DNA from: a candidate division WOR-3 bacterium
Lineage (GTDB): Bacteria > Hydrothermota > Tepidihabitantia > Tepidihabitantales > JAOUPE01
Length of the DNA: 64,000 nt
NCBI GenBank assembly: GCA_039801565.1
Contig: JBDRUX010000001.1
Coordinates: forward strand, 51,403 to 115,402
Direction of reading: 5' to 3'
Under the pieces are notes generated by a model. The model saw only the letters and a list, made by a program, of their open reading frames with translations. It was not told where the DNA came from and did no database searches. Position numbers and translations under genes: made by a program. This document shows positions 1 through 9,477 of this stretch, piece after piece. How positions within the stretch are numbered: position 1 is the first letter of the stretch; every line of letters begins with the position of its first letter.

Positions 1-19
1 TTCGAAATTCAAAATTCTT

Positions 20-970
20 ATGATTGGTTATCTTGGGGTTGATGTTGGGTCAATCTCAACCAAAGGGGTTATTATTGACCAGGAGTATAAGGTAATTGCT
101 AATACTTATCTGCGCACTCAAGGGAGACCAATTGAGGCAATAAAAGAACTCTTGAACTCCTTAGCCCGACAAGTAGACAATAAAATAAAAATTGCTGGTG
201 CTGGCACAACTGGTTCAGCCCGAAGATTAGCTGGAGTGATGCTCCAAGCCGATATAGTGAAAAATGAGATAATTGCCCATGCGGTTGCTGCCAGCCACTT
301 TTATCCACAAGCGAGAACGGTAATTGAGATTGGTGGCCAAGACTCTAAGATTATTATCTTAAGGGATGGCATCCCAGTAGACTTTGCAATGAATACGGTT
401 TGTGCTGCCGGCACTGGTTCATTTTTAGACCATCAGGCAACCCGGTTAGGAATTCCCATTGAAGAATTTGGCAAAAAGGCGTTGCAAGCAAAGAATCGCG
501 TGAACATTGCCGGTCGGTGCACGGTTTTTGCTGAGAGCGATATGATTCATAAGGCGCAATTAGGGATTGCCACCGAAGACATTATTAGTGGACTATGCGA
601 TGCAATTGTTCGGAATTATATGAATGCGGTAGCAAAAGGAAAAGAGATTAAGCCGTTAATTCTCTTTCAGGGCGGGGTAGCGGCAAATATTGGGGTGCGC
701 AAGGCATTTGAACGGGCATTGGAACAAGAAATAATTGTTCCAAAACATTTTTTAGTGATGGGTGCAATTGGTGCTGCAATCCTTGCCCGAGAACAGACTG
801 AAGGAAAGGTTAGTAAGTTTGCTGGTTTTGAAATTGCAACAATACCCTTCCAAACCCGAGCCTTTGAGTGTGAGGGTTGTCCCAACCATTGTGAGGTCGT
901 CGAGACTTTAAAAGAAGGTGTTGTCATTGACCGTTACAGCGGTCGCTGCGGCAGGTGGTCCGAAATTTAA
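20..970 (+). CDS. BadF/BadG/BcrA/BcrD-family ATPase (CoA-substrate-specific enzyme activase, HgdC-like) with a C-terminal Cys cluster
   Basis: N-terminus MIGYLGVDVGSISTKGVII is the actin-fold phosphate-1 motif of HgdC/BadF activases. A glycine-rich GTTGSARR motif is present. The C-terminal CEGCPNHC suggests a metal or Fe-S ligand. The ORF may start upstream of the window. Confidence 0.65.
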   Translation: MIGYLGVDVGSISTKGVIIDQEYKVIANTYLRTQGRPIEAIKELLNSLARQVDNKIKIAGAGTTGSARRLAGVMLQADIVKNEIIAHAVAASHFYPQARTVIEIGGQDSKIIILRDGIPVDFAMNTVCAAGTGSFLDHQATRLGIPIEEFGKKALQAKNRVNIAGRCTVFAESDMIHKAQLGIATEDIISGLCDAIVRNYMNAVAKGKEIKPLILFQGGVAANIGVRKAFERALEQEIIVPKHFLVMGAIGAAILAREQTEGKVSKFAGFEIATIPFQTRAFECEGCPNHCEVVETLKEGVVIDRYSGRCGRWSEI

Positions 971-980
971 ACTCTGAAAG

Positions 981-1886
981 GTGAGAATTATCGAAAATTT
1001 TAAAGATGATTTATCCAAAACCGTTGAGGATTTAAAACGATTTATTAAGACCGAAGTCGAAAGACAAAATAAAGATGGCGTTGTGATTGGAATATCAGGT
1101 GGCATTGATTCAGCAGTCTGTGCTTATTTAGCCGTAAATGCCTTAGGTAAAAATCAGGTATTGGGATTAATCTTACCGGAAAGGGATACTAATCCCCCAA
1201 GTCTCGAAGACGCGCTCTTGGTATGCCAAGCATTAGCAATTGATTATAAAAAGATTGATATGACAAAGGTATTAACTAAAATTGGTATTTATCGTTTAGT
1301 CTCGGCTTTAGGGGGATTGGTGCCATATCGCATAAAGGCAAACTATGCCAGGAAGCGGTTGCAAAAGTTACAAGAATTGACCGGAGGCAATGCCTATCAA
1401 CAAAATCTTTTAGGATTTAAACAACCCGAATTACGCAAAGCAACTGCTTATTATCGGGCTAAAAATCGTTTAAGATTGCTTTATCTTTATTATTATGCTG
1501 AACTAAAAAACTTATTAGTCGTCGGCACGACAAATCGCACCGAATATCTAATTGGTTTCTTTGTCAAATATGGCGATGGCGCAGCCGATATAATGCCTTT
1601 GCTAAATCTCTACAAAACGCAAGTTTGGGAATTGGCAAAATTTTTGAGTGTGCCAAAAAGAATTATTGAAAAAGTCCCATCTCCGGATTTAATTCCTGGG
1701 CTAAATGATGAAGAAATAATTGGTCTTAATTATTTGGAATTGGATTTAATTTTATTGGGCTATGATTCTGGTCAGAGTTCGGAAGCGATAAATAAATCTA
1801 CCGGAGTACCTATAGAAAAAGTAGAATATGTCTTAAAACTTATTCGAAACTCGGAATCGTTCCGCCAACATAATTTACATCCATAA
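981..1886 (+). CDS. nadE: NH3-dependent NAD+ synthetase
   Basis: PP-loop motif GISGGIDSAV sits near the N-terminus. Length (301 aa) and overall architecture are typical of NadE. Confidence 0.85.
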   Translation: MRIIENFKDDLSKTVEDLKRFIKTEVERQNKDGVVIGISGGIDSAVCAYLAVNALGKNQVLGLILPERDTNPPSLEDALLVCQALAIDYKKIDMTKVLTKIGIYRLVSALGGLVPYRIKANYARKRLQKLQELTGGNAYQQNLLGFKQPELRKATAYYRAKNRLRLLYLYYYAELKNLLVVGTTNRTEYLIGFFVKYGDGAADIMPLLNLYKTQVWELAKFLSVPKRIIEKVPSPDLIPGLNDEEIIGLNYLELDLILLGYDSGQSSEAINKSTGVPIEKVEYVLKLIRNSESFRQHNLHP

Positions 1887-1973
1887 AAGAAAAAGGCGGT
1901 CAAAAGACCGCCTTCAGTTTTATTTTATTCATTAGAGTTTACATAAGGTAGCAGTCCGACAAGAAATAATGAG

Positions 1974-3803
1974 TCATTTACTCTGATGACCGGTCAAACG
2001 GATTGATTTTATTTGACTTTTCCAATCCTTGCCACCTTGCTCTTTGGACAGTGTAAAGAGTACAATATTGGCATTGTTCACAGTCTGGCCAGGTTGAAAT
2101 GTTAGCATATCGTCCCATTGACCGTTGCCATTAGCGTCCCAATAACCGAGGCCTTCGCCCGGGTCACTATAACCATTATTGTTCACATCATCAAATGCCT
2201 CAACATATGCCTCAAGCGGTGCCGAAAGTGAATAGATAATTGTGTAGGCTCCGGTGGCGGGATTGACGCTAACTATACCGACGGGAATAATAGTATTTGT
2301 GTGTGAAGTATCAAGGAAGGCAATACAGTAGTTAGATAGAGAATGCCCAGGCCAAGTAACCACTCCGGAAACAGTAAGATTTTGTCCACCACCTTGCTGT
2401 TGTAATGTTGCATTTATTGTAGTTGTCTGACCAGCGTTGACTGTGACCGTATCAATCCAATCATAATATCCGCTCAAAGTCAGTTTTACTTCATAATTAC
2501 CTGGATTGATGGTAAATGTCACATTGGTGGTGTGACCGGTATTTGTGCCGTTAATCCAGACCGTAGCACCGGTTGGGGTTGAATTAACCACTAATGTTCC
2601 GGTATTTCCACCACCTCCGCCGCCACCAGTTGAACTTATGAACTTGGATAAAAATGCATGCCAGTTAGTGGAACGAAATTGACATTGGACATATTTGGTA
2701 GATTCAAATAACTCGGCTCGATACGGAAAGTGAATATTTAATCCGCCCCGCGTCAATCCGGTAACATTAGTCATCGTCATTGGTACTGCATCATTTATTC
2801 CATCAATAACCTCTTGTGCCGCATTTTTAATAAGGTTGATATTCTGAAGATTCGGTTCCTGTAACACCTTTTTGCAGAACTCACGCAAATCACAAAATGC
2901 TGGGTCATCCCATTGCGTGTAGTGAGTTGAGTTGAAGGCATCTAAAACTTCATTCCAATTATTGCCGGTCTCAGTTACTAACATATTACCAAGATTGGAA
3001 ATCCGAGAGGCGAGCGCAGTCATTTTGCTTAAATCAGTTACTGCCATATGCGCCTGTTTCTGCTTATTATTTGCCGTCGCATATACCGCCTCAACAATCT
3101 TCTTAGAAATCTCAAGCGGAGTTGTGTTTGGGTTAGCGGAAAGGTGCCCCAGCCATTGTTCTGAACCAAGAATACTCTGCATCGGCATCGTGAATTGACA
3201 GGCAACCATATAGTCAGCATTGTCTTTTAGTTCATAAGCGACCTCAACCATTGACATCAAGCAAGCGTGAAAGACAATAACATCAAAATGAAAGGTGTCT
3301 AGTGCCTGTTTCATATCCGGCATTGACATTAAATCACCAGCGCCATTCTGCTCATCCGAACACGCACCACGCCAGCCACCACCATGGTCATCAATTATCA
3401 ACATATAATGCTCAGCTGGATATTTCTCTTTACCGGCTTTGATGAAATTATGCAAGGTCGTTTTATCTGACATATCTTTAGTTCCCAAGTTCTCAATCAC
3501 AGTTGAACTGAGCGAATCTGGCATTTCGTTTTCAAACTTCTCAATATGGTAATACTTACAGTTGCCGCCGGTCTTTAAAGAACCAAGCATAACCATAATT
3601 TGAACCTTATCGGTTGAGCCAATCTTCTCCATCTCTTGGGCATCGGCTATGCAATAGGAATTTCCGTTCAATGAGACATCAAGGTTATTATTCCCGTCCA
3701 TATAGGCAAGTATTGTCCAAGTGGCTTTTTTCGTCTTATGGCAGGTGAGGGATAAAAAGCCCATAACCATTACAATTAGGAGAAGGAACTTCGATAGTTT
3801 CAT
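1974..3803 (-). CDS. Clostripain-like (C11) cysteine peptidase lipoprotein with Gly linker and PEGA-like beta domain
   Basis: Lipobox LSLTC follows the signal peptide. The DDHGGGW and FHACLM motifs match the C11 His/Cys dyad context. A poly-Gly linker leads into a PEGA-like segment (NGTNTG...PGNYEVKL). Confidence 0.6.
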   Translation of the reverse strand: MKLSKFLLLIVMVMGFLSLTCHKTKKATWTILAYMDGNNNLDVSLNGNSYCIADAQEMEKIGSTDKVQIMVMLGSLKTGGNCKYYHIEKFENEMPDSLSSTVIENLGTKDMSDKTTLHNFIKAGKEKYPAEHYMLIIDDHGGGWRGACSDEQNGAGDLMSMPDMKQALDTFHFDVIVFHACLMSMVEVAYELKDNADYMVACQFTMPMQSILGSEQWLGHLSANPNTTPLEISKKIVEAVYATANNKQKQAHMAVTDLSKMTALASRISNLGNMLVTETGNNWNEVLDAFNSTHYTQWDDPAFCDLREFCKKVLQEPNLQNINLIKNAAQEVIDGINDAVPMTMTNVTGLTRGGLNIHFPYRAELFESTKYVQCQFRSTNWHAFLSKFISSTGGGGGGGNTGTLVVNSTPTGATVWINGTNTGHTTNVTFTINPGNYEVKLTLSGYYDWIDTVTVNAGQTTTINATLQQQGGGQNLTVSGVVTWPGHSLSNYCIAFLDTSHTNTIIPVGIVSVNPATGAYTIIYSLSAPLEAYVEAFDDVNNNGYSDPGEGLGYWDANGNGQWDDMLTFQPGQTVNNANIVLFTLSKEQGGKDWKSQIKSIRLTGHQSK

Positions 3804-4080
3804 AGGTCCTCCGTTTCTAATAATAACTTAATAGTTCTGTTTATTCGAGGGACTATTCCTCTCCCTATCCTTTATCTTCCAAGAATGGGGAACAGCGAGG
3901 TGATTTGCCCCTCGTTCCGATTATAATCAAGAAAATTTATCGGGTCAAGCATTACTTTTCATTAAACTTAATTTATTTAAGGTGGCAATTTAATAATTTT
4001 AGCTACTGGCTGGATAGCCGAAGAGATAGATTATGAACGAAAAGGGTTGACAAAAGGCAAAGTCTTTATATCCTACTTGA

Positions 4081-4596
4081 GTGCCAAAGGTTTTGCTTTT
4101 TGGTAAGCCGAAATCGGGTAAGACGACTTTGGTGAAAAAGGTCTTAGCCGAACTGCCCAAAAATTCTTACGGCGGTTTTTGGACCGAGGAGATAAAAGAG
4201 CAAGAGGAGAGAGTCGGGTTTAAAGTTGTCACCACCGAAGGTGAGGAAGGTATCTTGGCACATAAAGACTATCGCAGTCCCTACCGAGTGTCAAAATATT
4301 ATGTCAATGTGACGGATTTTGAACGAGTAGCATTAAAAACACTCGACAATGCCGAAAAAAGCAAGGATTTAATTGTGATTGATGAGATTGGCAAAATGGA
4401 ATTATTTAGCCAAAAATTTGCCCAAGTGATTGAAAAGATTTTTGCCAACAAGCATAAGAAAGTCCTTGCTACCATCCCGATTAGCAATATCCCTTTGATT
4501 GAAAAACTTAAAAAACTATCTGACGCAACGGTGATGGAAGTGACACCAGCTAATCGTGATTTCTTGGCAACTAAAATCCTTAAACTAATTAAATAG
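4081..4596 (+). CDS. THEP1-type nucleoside-triphosphatase (P-loop NTPase)
   Basis: Walker A GKPKSGKTT at the N-terminus, a DEIGKME Walker B-like motif, and a length of about 170 aa fit the THEP1/MJ1559 family. GTG start. Confidence 0.55.
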   Translation: MPKVLLFGKPKSGKTTLVKKVLAELPKNSYGGFWTEEIKEQEERVGFKVVTTEGEEGILAHKDYRSPYRVSKYYVNVTDFERVALKTLDNAEKSKDLIVIDEIGKMELFSQKFAQVIEKIFANKHKKVLATIPISNIPLIEKLKKLSDATVMEVTPANRDFLATKILKLIK

Positions 4597-5949
4597 ATGG
4601 CGCGTTTCAAACAACCGGTTAATCCAGCCCGTACCTTAATTTTTGGTTATCTTATCATTATCCTCTGCGGAACCGCACTGCTAATGTTACCAATATCAGC
4701 TACCAATATTAAACCGGTGGAAGCTTTATTTACTGCTACCTCAGCGGTATGCGTCACTGGTCTAATCGTAAAAGATACGCCAACCGAGTTTACTCTATTT
4801 GGGAAGTTTATCATCTTGCTTTTAATTCAAATCGGTGGAATCGGTTATATGACATTATCCACTGCTTTTTTCTTTTTCCTAAGAAGGGGAATAAGTTTAA
4901 GAGATAGACTTTTGATGAAAGAATCAATAAGTTACCTTTCCTATGAGAACCTACGCCGGTTTGCCTTCACAATAATTAGAGTTACGATTGTGATTGAAGG
5001 TATTGGGACAATTTTACTTTTTGGCTATTTTGCTCGACTCGGCATGCCAATTGGATATGCTTTTGGTCATGCGGTCTTTCATTCGATTTCAGCATTTTGC
5101 AATGCCGGTTTCTCAACTTTTTCGAATAATCTTACCGGCTTTGCCAACAGTTTCTTTATCCCAATTGTCATTTCTTTACTTCTCATCAGTGGTGGGATTG
5201 GTTTCATTGTAATCAGCGATATTTATAAGACCTGGATAACAAAAAAGAATCTGCGGCTTTCGGTTCATTCCAAAGTTGTTCTAACAACTACTTTGATTCT
5301 AATTATCGGCGGAACGGCACTTTTGCTTTTATTAGAATGGAATAACTCATTAGCCCCTTATCCCTTGGCCCAGAAAGTTTTAGTTGCCTATTTTCAGGCG
5401 GTGACGCCAAGAACCGCTGGGTTTAGCACAATTCATCTTGGCGCTTTTAACCCAGCGGCGCTTTTATTACTAATATTTTTGATGTTTATCGGCGCTTCAC
5501 CCGGTGGAACCGGTGGCGGCATTAAAACCACCACCTTCAGTCTATTGCTATTGGAAATTAAGAACTTGTTACGAGGCAGGAGTGAAATTTTAATTTTTAA
5601 GAAAAAACTGTTACCAGGATTGACCGGACGGGCTTTTTTAGTTTTTACCCTATCTTTATCTTGGCTATTGACAGTAGGCTTTTTGCTCTTAATCTTAGAA
5701 GGTAAAAAAGGAGATTTATTGCGATTGGTTTTTGAATTGACATCAGCTTTTGGCACAGTTGGCTTATCATTGGGCTCAAAACTCCAAGCCCATGTCTCGG
5801 CATCTTATGATTTCTCAACGTTAGGAAAGCTAATTGTGATTGCAACGATGTTAGTGGGCCGAGTAGGAACTTTAACCGTTGGCACAGCCCTTATAAGACC
5901 CAAAAAACTTAACTACACTTACCCGGAAGGGACGGTATTAGTTGGCTAA
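4597..5949 (+). CDS. trkH: Trk/Ktr-type potassium uptake membrane subunit
   Basis: Multiple TM segments. Selectivity-filter-like GGIGY and GGTGGGIKTTTF motifs are characteristic of TrkH/KtrB. Confidence 0.85.
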   Translation: MARFKQPVNPARTLIFGYLIIILCGTALLMLPISATNIKPVEALFTATSAVCVTGLIVKDTPTEFTLFGKFIILLLIQIGGIGYMTLSTAFFFFLRRGISLRDRLLMKESISYLSYENLRRFAFTIIRVTIVIEGIGTILLFGYFARLGMPIGYAFGHAVFHSISAFCNAGFSTFSNNLTGFANSFFIPIVISLLLISGGIGFIVISDIYKTWITKKNLRLSVHSKVVLTTTLILIIGGTALLLLLEWNNSLAPYPLAQKVLVAYFQAVTPRTAGFSTIHLGAFNPAALLLLIFLMFIGASPGGTGGGIKTTTFSLLLLEIKNLLRGRSEILIFKKKLLPGLTGRAFLVFTLSLSWLLTVGFLLLILEGKKGDLLRLVFELTSAFGTVGLSLGSKLQAHVSASYDFSTLGKLIVIATMLVGRVGTLTVGTALIRPKKLNYTYPEGTVLVG

Positions 5950-6631
5950 GAAATTTGCCGTAATTGGCTTAGGCCGTTTTGGTTCGGCTACCGCCCAAGC
6001 TTTAGCCGAAAAGGGATTTGAAGTGATGGTAATTGATACCGATGAAAATAAGGTCTCAGCTTTAAGTGATATCGCATCACAAAGCTTAGTCTTAGACGCT
6101 ACCGATTCCAAAGCCCTCAAAGACGCCGGGATTGCTGATATTGATATTGCAATTGTCTCGGTTGGGCAAAAAATTGATTCCAGTATCCTAATAACCTTAT
6201 TGTTAAAGGAATTAGGGATAAAAGAAGTGATTGTCAAAGCGGTCAATTCTTTGCACGGTACAATCTTAAAGCGCATCGGCGCGGACCGGGTCATTTTCCC
6301 AGAACGAGAAGTGGCGGTTAAACTGGCGGAGAGCTTTGTCTCGCCCAAAATTTTCGATTACATTGAACTCTCACCAACTCACAGCGTAGTAGAAATCGCG
6401 GCGCCCAAACTATTCTTTGGTAAGACCTTAAAGCAACTGGCACTGCGCGAACGCTACAAAGTCCAAGTTATTGCCATCAAAAGGAAAATTCCATTCATAA
6501 CCGAAAAAGGATTGCCGGACTTCAAAGAAGAAGTGAATATTGCACCGAATGCCGATGACGAAATCAATGAAGGTGATATTTTAGTCCTATTGGGGCGTTA
6601 TGAAGACTTAGAAAAGATTGAACGGATGTGA
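5942..6631 (+). CDS. trkA: Trk/Ktr-type potassium uptake NAD-binding subunit
   Basis: Rossmann motif VIGLGRFG (TrkA-N) at the N-terminus and a TrkA-C-like C-terminus. Overlaps the trkH stop, indicating an operon. Confidence 0.85.
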   Translation: MAKKFAVIGLGRFGSATAQALAEKGFEVMVIDTDENKVSALSDIASQSLVLDATDSKALKDAGIADIDIAIVSVGQKIDSSILITLLLKELGIKEVIVKAVNSLHGTILKRIGADRVIFPEREVAVKLAESFVSPKIFDYIELSPTHSVVEIAAPKLFFGKTLKQLALRERYKVQVIAIKRKIPFITEKGLPDFKEEVNIAPNADDEINEGDILVLLGRYEDLEKIERM

Positions 6632-6908
6632 GACTTTCCCAATGAAAAAAACGCCAGCAAATCCAGAAGACTTATTGGAGACAGGCCAATTTTACCTTTT
6701 GAACCAAAAGTTTTCCGAGGCGATAAAGAAATTTAAGGAAGCCTTGAAACTGAAGCCTGATGACCCGAAAATCTATTTCCAATTAGGACTGGCTTATGAA
6801 GGTGCCTGCCAAATCAATGAAGCGAAAGAGATGTTTCGAAAAGTATTAGAATTGGATGCCGGGGCAAAAGAAGCCGCCGAACACTTGGAACGCCTGGCAG
6901 GAAAATAA
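6618..6908 (+). CDS. small TPR-repeat protein
   Basis: TPR-like helices (AIKKFKEALKLKPDDPKIYFQLGLAYEGACQINEAKEMFRKVLELD). Overlaps the trkA stop. Confidence 0.45.
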   Translation: MNGCETFPMKKTPANPEDLLETGQFYLLNQKFSEAIKKFKEALKLKPDDPKIYFQLGLAYEGACQINEAKEMFRKVLELDAGAKEAAEHLERLAGK

Positions 6909-6911
6909 TTA

Positions 6912-7040
6912 GTGTATTGTCCAAGGTGTAAAACAAAAATGGTTGAACAGAAGCGAAGTTTTCATAAGAAACGAAAATGGGTATGTCCAAAATGTGGCAA
7001 GGTACGGATGCAGTTACCAAAATTAGCTAAAGAACAATGA
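6912..7040 (+). CDS. 42-aa zinc-ribbon small protein (CxxC...CxxC)
   Basis: Hand translation from GTG gives VYCPRCKTKMVEQKRSFHKKRKWVCPKCGKVRMQLPKLAKEQ. It is below the ORF-track size cutoff. Two CxxC pairs are present. Confidence 0.3.
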   Translation: MYCPRCKTKMVEQKRSFHKKRKWVCPKCGKVRMQLPKLAKEQ

Positions 7041-7177
7041 TGAAGAGCGAAAGTTTAACTTTTAAAGATAAACCAAAGAGACCAGACTTGATTGGGGTTT
7101 GGTTATTATCTTTAGTAATCTTTACCCTGAATCAAGTTCAGGGTAATCCGCCCCAGGTGGCGAAAAAGGAGGGAATT

Positions 7178-8593
7178 ATGCGCGAACCAGCGGTTGCCGG
7201 GCAGTTTTATCCAGGTAGTAAAGAAACATTAGATAAAACTGTAACTAAACTACTTAATAGTGTGACCGTTCCTAAGATTACCGGGAAAATCATCGGGATT
7301 GTTGCACCCCATGCGGGTTATGAATATTCTGGGCAAGTTGCCGCGCATAGTTATAAATTGATTGCCAACTTAGACTATAAGACAGTAATCATAATTGGAC
7401 CAAGTCATCGGACATTTTTTGAAGGGACTGCAGTTTATAGCCAAGGGATATGGAAGACACCATTAGGCGAAGTGGCAATTGATTCGAAATTAGCCCAAGC
7501 CATAATTAATCATAATCCCAAATTGATTAAGGATTTGCCCCAGGCCCATAAATTGGAACACTCCTTAGAAGTCCAATTACCATTTTTACAAAAGACGCTA
7601 AAAGATTTTAAAATTGTACCCATTATGTTACTCGAACCAACTTTCCAAGATTGTGAGGCTTTAGCCGATGCGCTAAGTAGTGTGATTAAAGATAATTCAG
7701 CTCTTCTCTTAGCTTCCTCGGATTTATACCATGGCTACTCCTACAATGAGTGTGTAGCGACAGATAAACGGACCTTGGGCTTGATTGAAAAGATGGACGC
7801 CAAGGCACTATTTAATGCCCTAAAGACAGGAGAAGCACAAGCTTGTGGTGGAATGCCAATTGTGGTGGTAATCCTGGCATGCCAAAAATTGGGTGCCAAT
7901 AAAGCCAAGGTTTTAAAATCAACTAATTCCAATGAAGTAACCGGTGAAATTGGTGGTTATTGTGTTGGTTACGGCTCAGTGGTTTTTTACCAGTCACAAG
8001 CCCAAGAAGGCAAAAAACCAAGTATTGAAGAAATGAGCGGCACAATTGGTTTGAGTCCTGAAGAGAAGAAAGAGTTATTAAAGATTGCCCGCACCACCTT
8101 AGAAAAACACATCCGAAAAGAAAAAATTCCTGAGTTCAAACCGAGTTCAGAAAAATTAAAAGAAAAGCGTGGGGTATTTGTCACCTTAAAAAAACATGGC
8201 GAATTGCGGGGTTGTATTGGTTATGTCGAAGGTATTAAACCGACCTACGAAGCGGTAAAGGAGAATGCAATCAATGCCTCAACCAATGACCCAAGATTTT
8301 CACCGGTCCGACCCGAAGAATTAAAAGACATCGACATTGAAATAACCGTGATGACGCCACTGCAAAGAATCACCGACCCAAAAGTTATTGAAGTTGGTAA
8401 ACACGGAATTCTAATCAAACGGGGTTGGAATCAAGGCTTACTCTTGCCCCAAGTCGCCACGGAATATGGTTGGAATCGAGAGGAATTTTTAGCCCACACC
8501 TGTTTAAAAGCTGGTTTGCCGATTAATGCCTGGAAAGAAAAAGATACCGAAATCTATATCTTTTCCGGCGAGGTCTTTGGGGAAAAGGAATAA
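7178..8593 (+). CDS. AmmeMemoRadiSam system protein B (Memo-like) fused to an AMMECR1 domain (protein A)
   Basis: Memo-like N-terminus (MREPAVAGQFYPG, APHAGYEYSG). AMMECR1 C-terminus (RGCIGYVEG...LLLPQVA). An AAGGAGG Shine-Dalgarno (7166-7174) sits upstream of the internal ATG at 7178, so the 7037 start in the ORF track is probably a 5' over-extension. Confidence 0.75.
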   Translation: MREPAVAGQFYPGSKETLDKTVTKLLNSVTVPKITGKIIGIVAPHAGYEYSGQVAAHSYKLIANLDYKTVIIIGPSHRTFFEGTAVYSQGIWKTPLGEVAIDSKLAQAIINHNPKLIKDLPQAHKLEHSLEVQLPFLQKTLKDFKIVPIMLLEPTFQDCEALADALSSVIKDNSALLLASSDLYHGYSYNECVATDKRTLGLIEKMDAKALFNALKTGEAQACGGMPIVVVILACQKLGANKAKVLKSTNSNEVTGEIGGYCVGYGSVVFYQSQAQEGKKPSIEEMSGTIGLSPEEKKELLKIARTTLEKHIRKEKIPEFKPSSEKLKEKRGVFVTLKKHGELRGCIGYVEGIKPTYEAVKENAINASTNDPRFSPVRPEELKDIDIEITVMTPLQRITDPKVIEVGKHGILIKRGWNQGLLLPQVATEYGWNREEFLAHTCLKAGLPINAWKEKDTEIYIFSGEVFGEKE

Positions 8594-9130
8594 ATCCGGG
8601 ATATTGTCAAAAACTTTATGAAAGAGACCACAGAGAATCCGAATGGGATTAAGAAAGAAAAAGGGAACTCTGAAACAAGTTCAGAGTCGACTTCGTCGAA
8701 TCACAGAGATAAATTAAGTTCTTTGTGTTCGCCTCACGCAGTGAGATTCTTCTCAATATGCTTCTTCATCTTTTTCCTGTTTATTTGTGTTCATTCGTGG
8801 TTTTCCCCTTTTCGTTCGGTGGACGCTGCGTGTAGCTCGTAAGAGATTCGCTTTAAGGAACATAGTTCATCAAACGCGGATTGAAGGAAGGTCTAAAAAG
8901 ACTGAAATTCAAGGAACACAGAGGGGGAGCCCGATTTGGGTAAGTTCTTGAGCTTAAAAAGAATTCTCTGTGTTCTCTGTGGTTGATTTTGACAATACCA
9001 AATCTGATTTGAGGAAAAACCCCTCAACTCCCCATCTTTAAAAGAGATGGTTCAAAATTGTTTCCGCCTCAGGCGGATTCAATTTGGGGATTTAAAGGGA
9101 CAAAGCCCTTTGGTAGTTTTGCATCGCAAA

Positions 9131-9262
9131 GGTTAGTTAAAACTAACGTTTCCCAATGACCAGTTTTTCTTCTATCATATTGATTATCCAAGTAGTTAGT
9201 CGTAAGACAGCTTAGAGGGAGGGTATGGCGGGGTGGCAGTATCCGGGGCAGTGGCAGGGCTA
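9131..9262 (+). repeat. Copy E (short) of the dispersed repeat family: 16-bp palindrome GTTAGTTAAAACTAAC plus G-rich head TTAGAGGGAGGGTATGGC
   Basis: The palindrome (9131-9146) and head sequence are shared with copy A at 36753. The head matches copies B and D. Confidence 0.5.
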
Positions 9263-9477
9263 GCTTATAAAGCAACCCAATTAGTTGTTTTTGGTACATA
9301 TTCAGACTTTACCTTCGACTCTATCCGAATTACTACTTAGAGGAAAGTTTTCCGGCCTGGTTAGCGAATAGGTTCAAAGGCTGGCTGATAGGATAGAAGA
9401 CAAACAAAATAAGCAGTGAACTGGAAAATTAGATAGTCAATCGCCTGAGAAGATAATCTTCAGTCCCTTCCAGTGGA

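Noticed and set aside
99-5845. Numerous 60-110 aa ORFs antisense to or inside larger genes (e.g. 99-308, 667-927, 2932-3198, 4299-4610, 5433-5756)
   Set aside because: They are embedded in well-supported longer genes on the opposite strand or in alternative frames. There are no motifs, and they are typical six-frame noise.
8618-8842. 74-aa ORF (MKETTENPNGIKKEKGNSETSSESTSS...)
   Set aside because: Low-complexity. Lies inside the inverted-repeat-bounded non-coding segment and spans hairpins. There is no ribosome-binding-site context.
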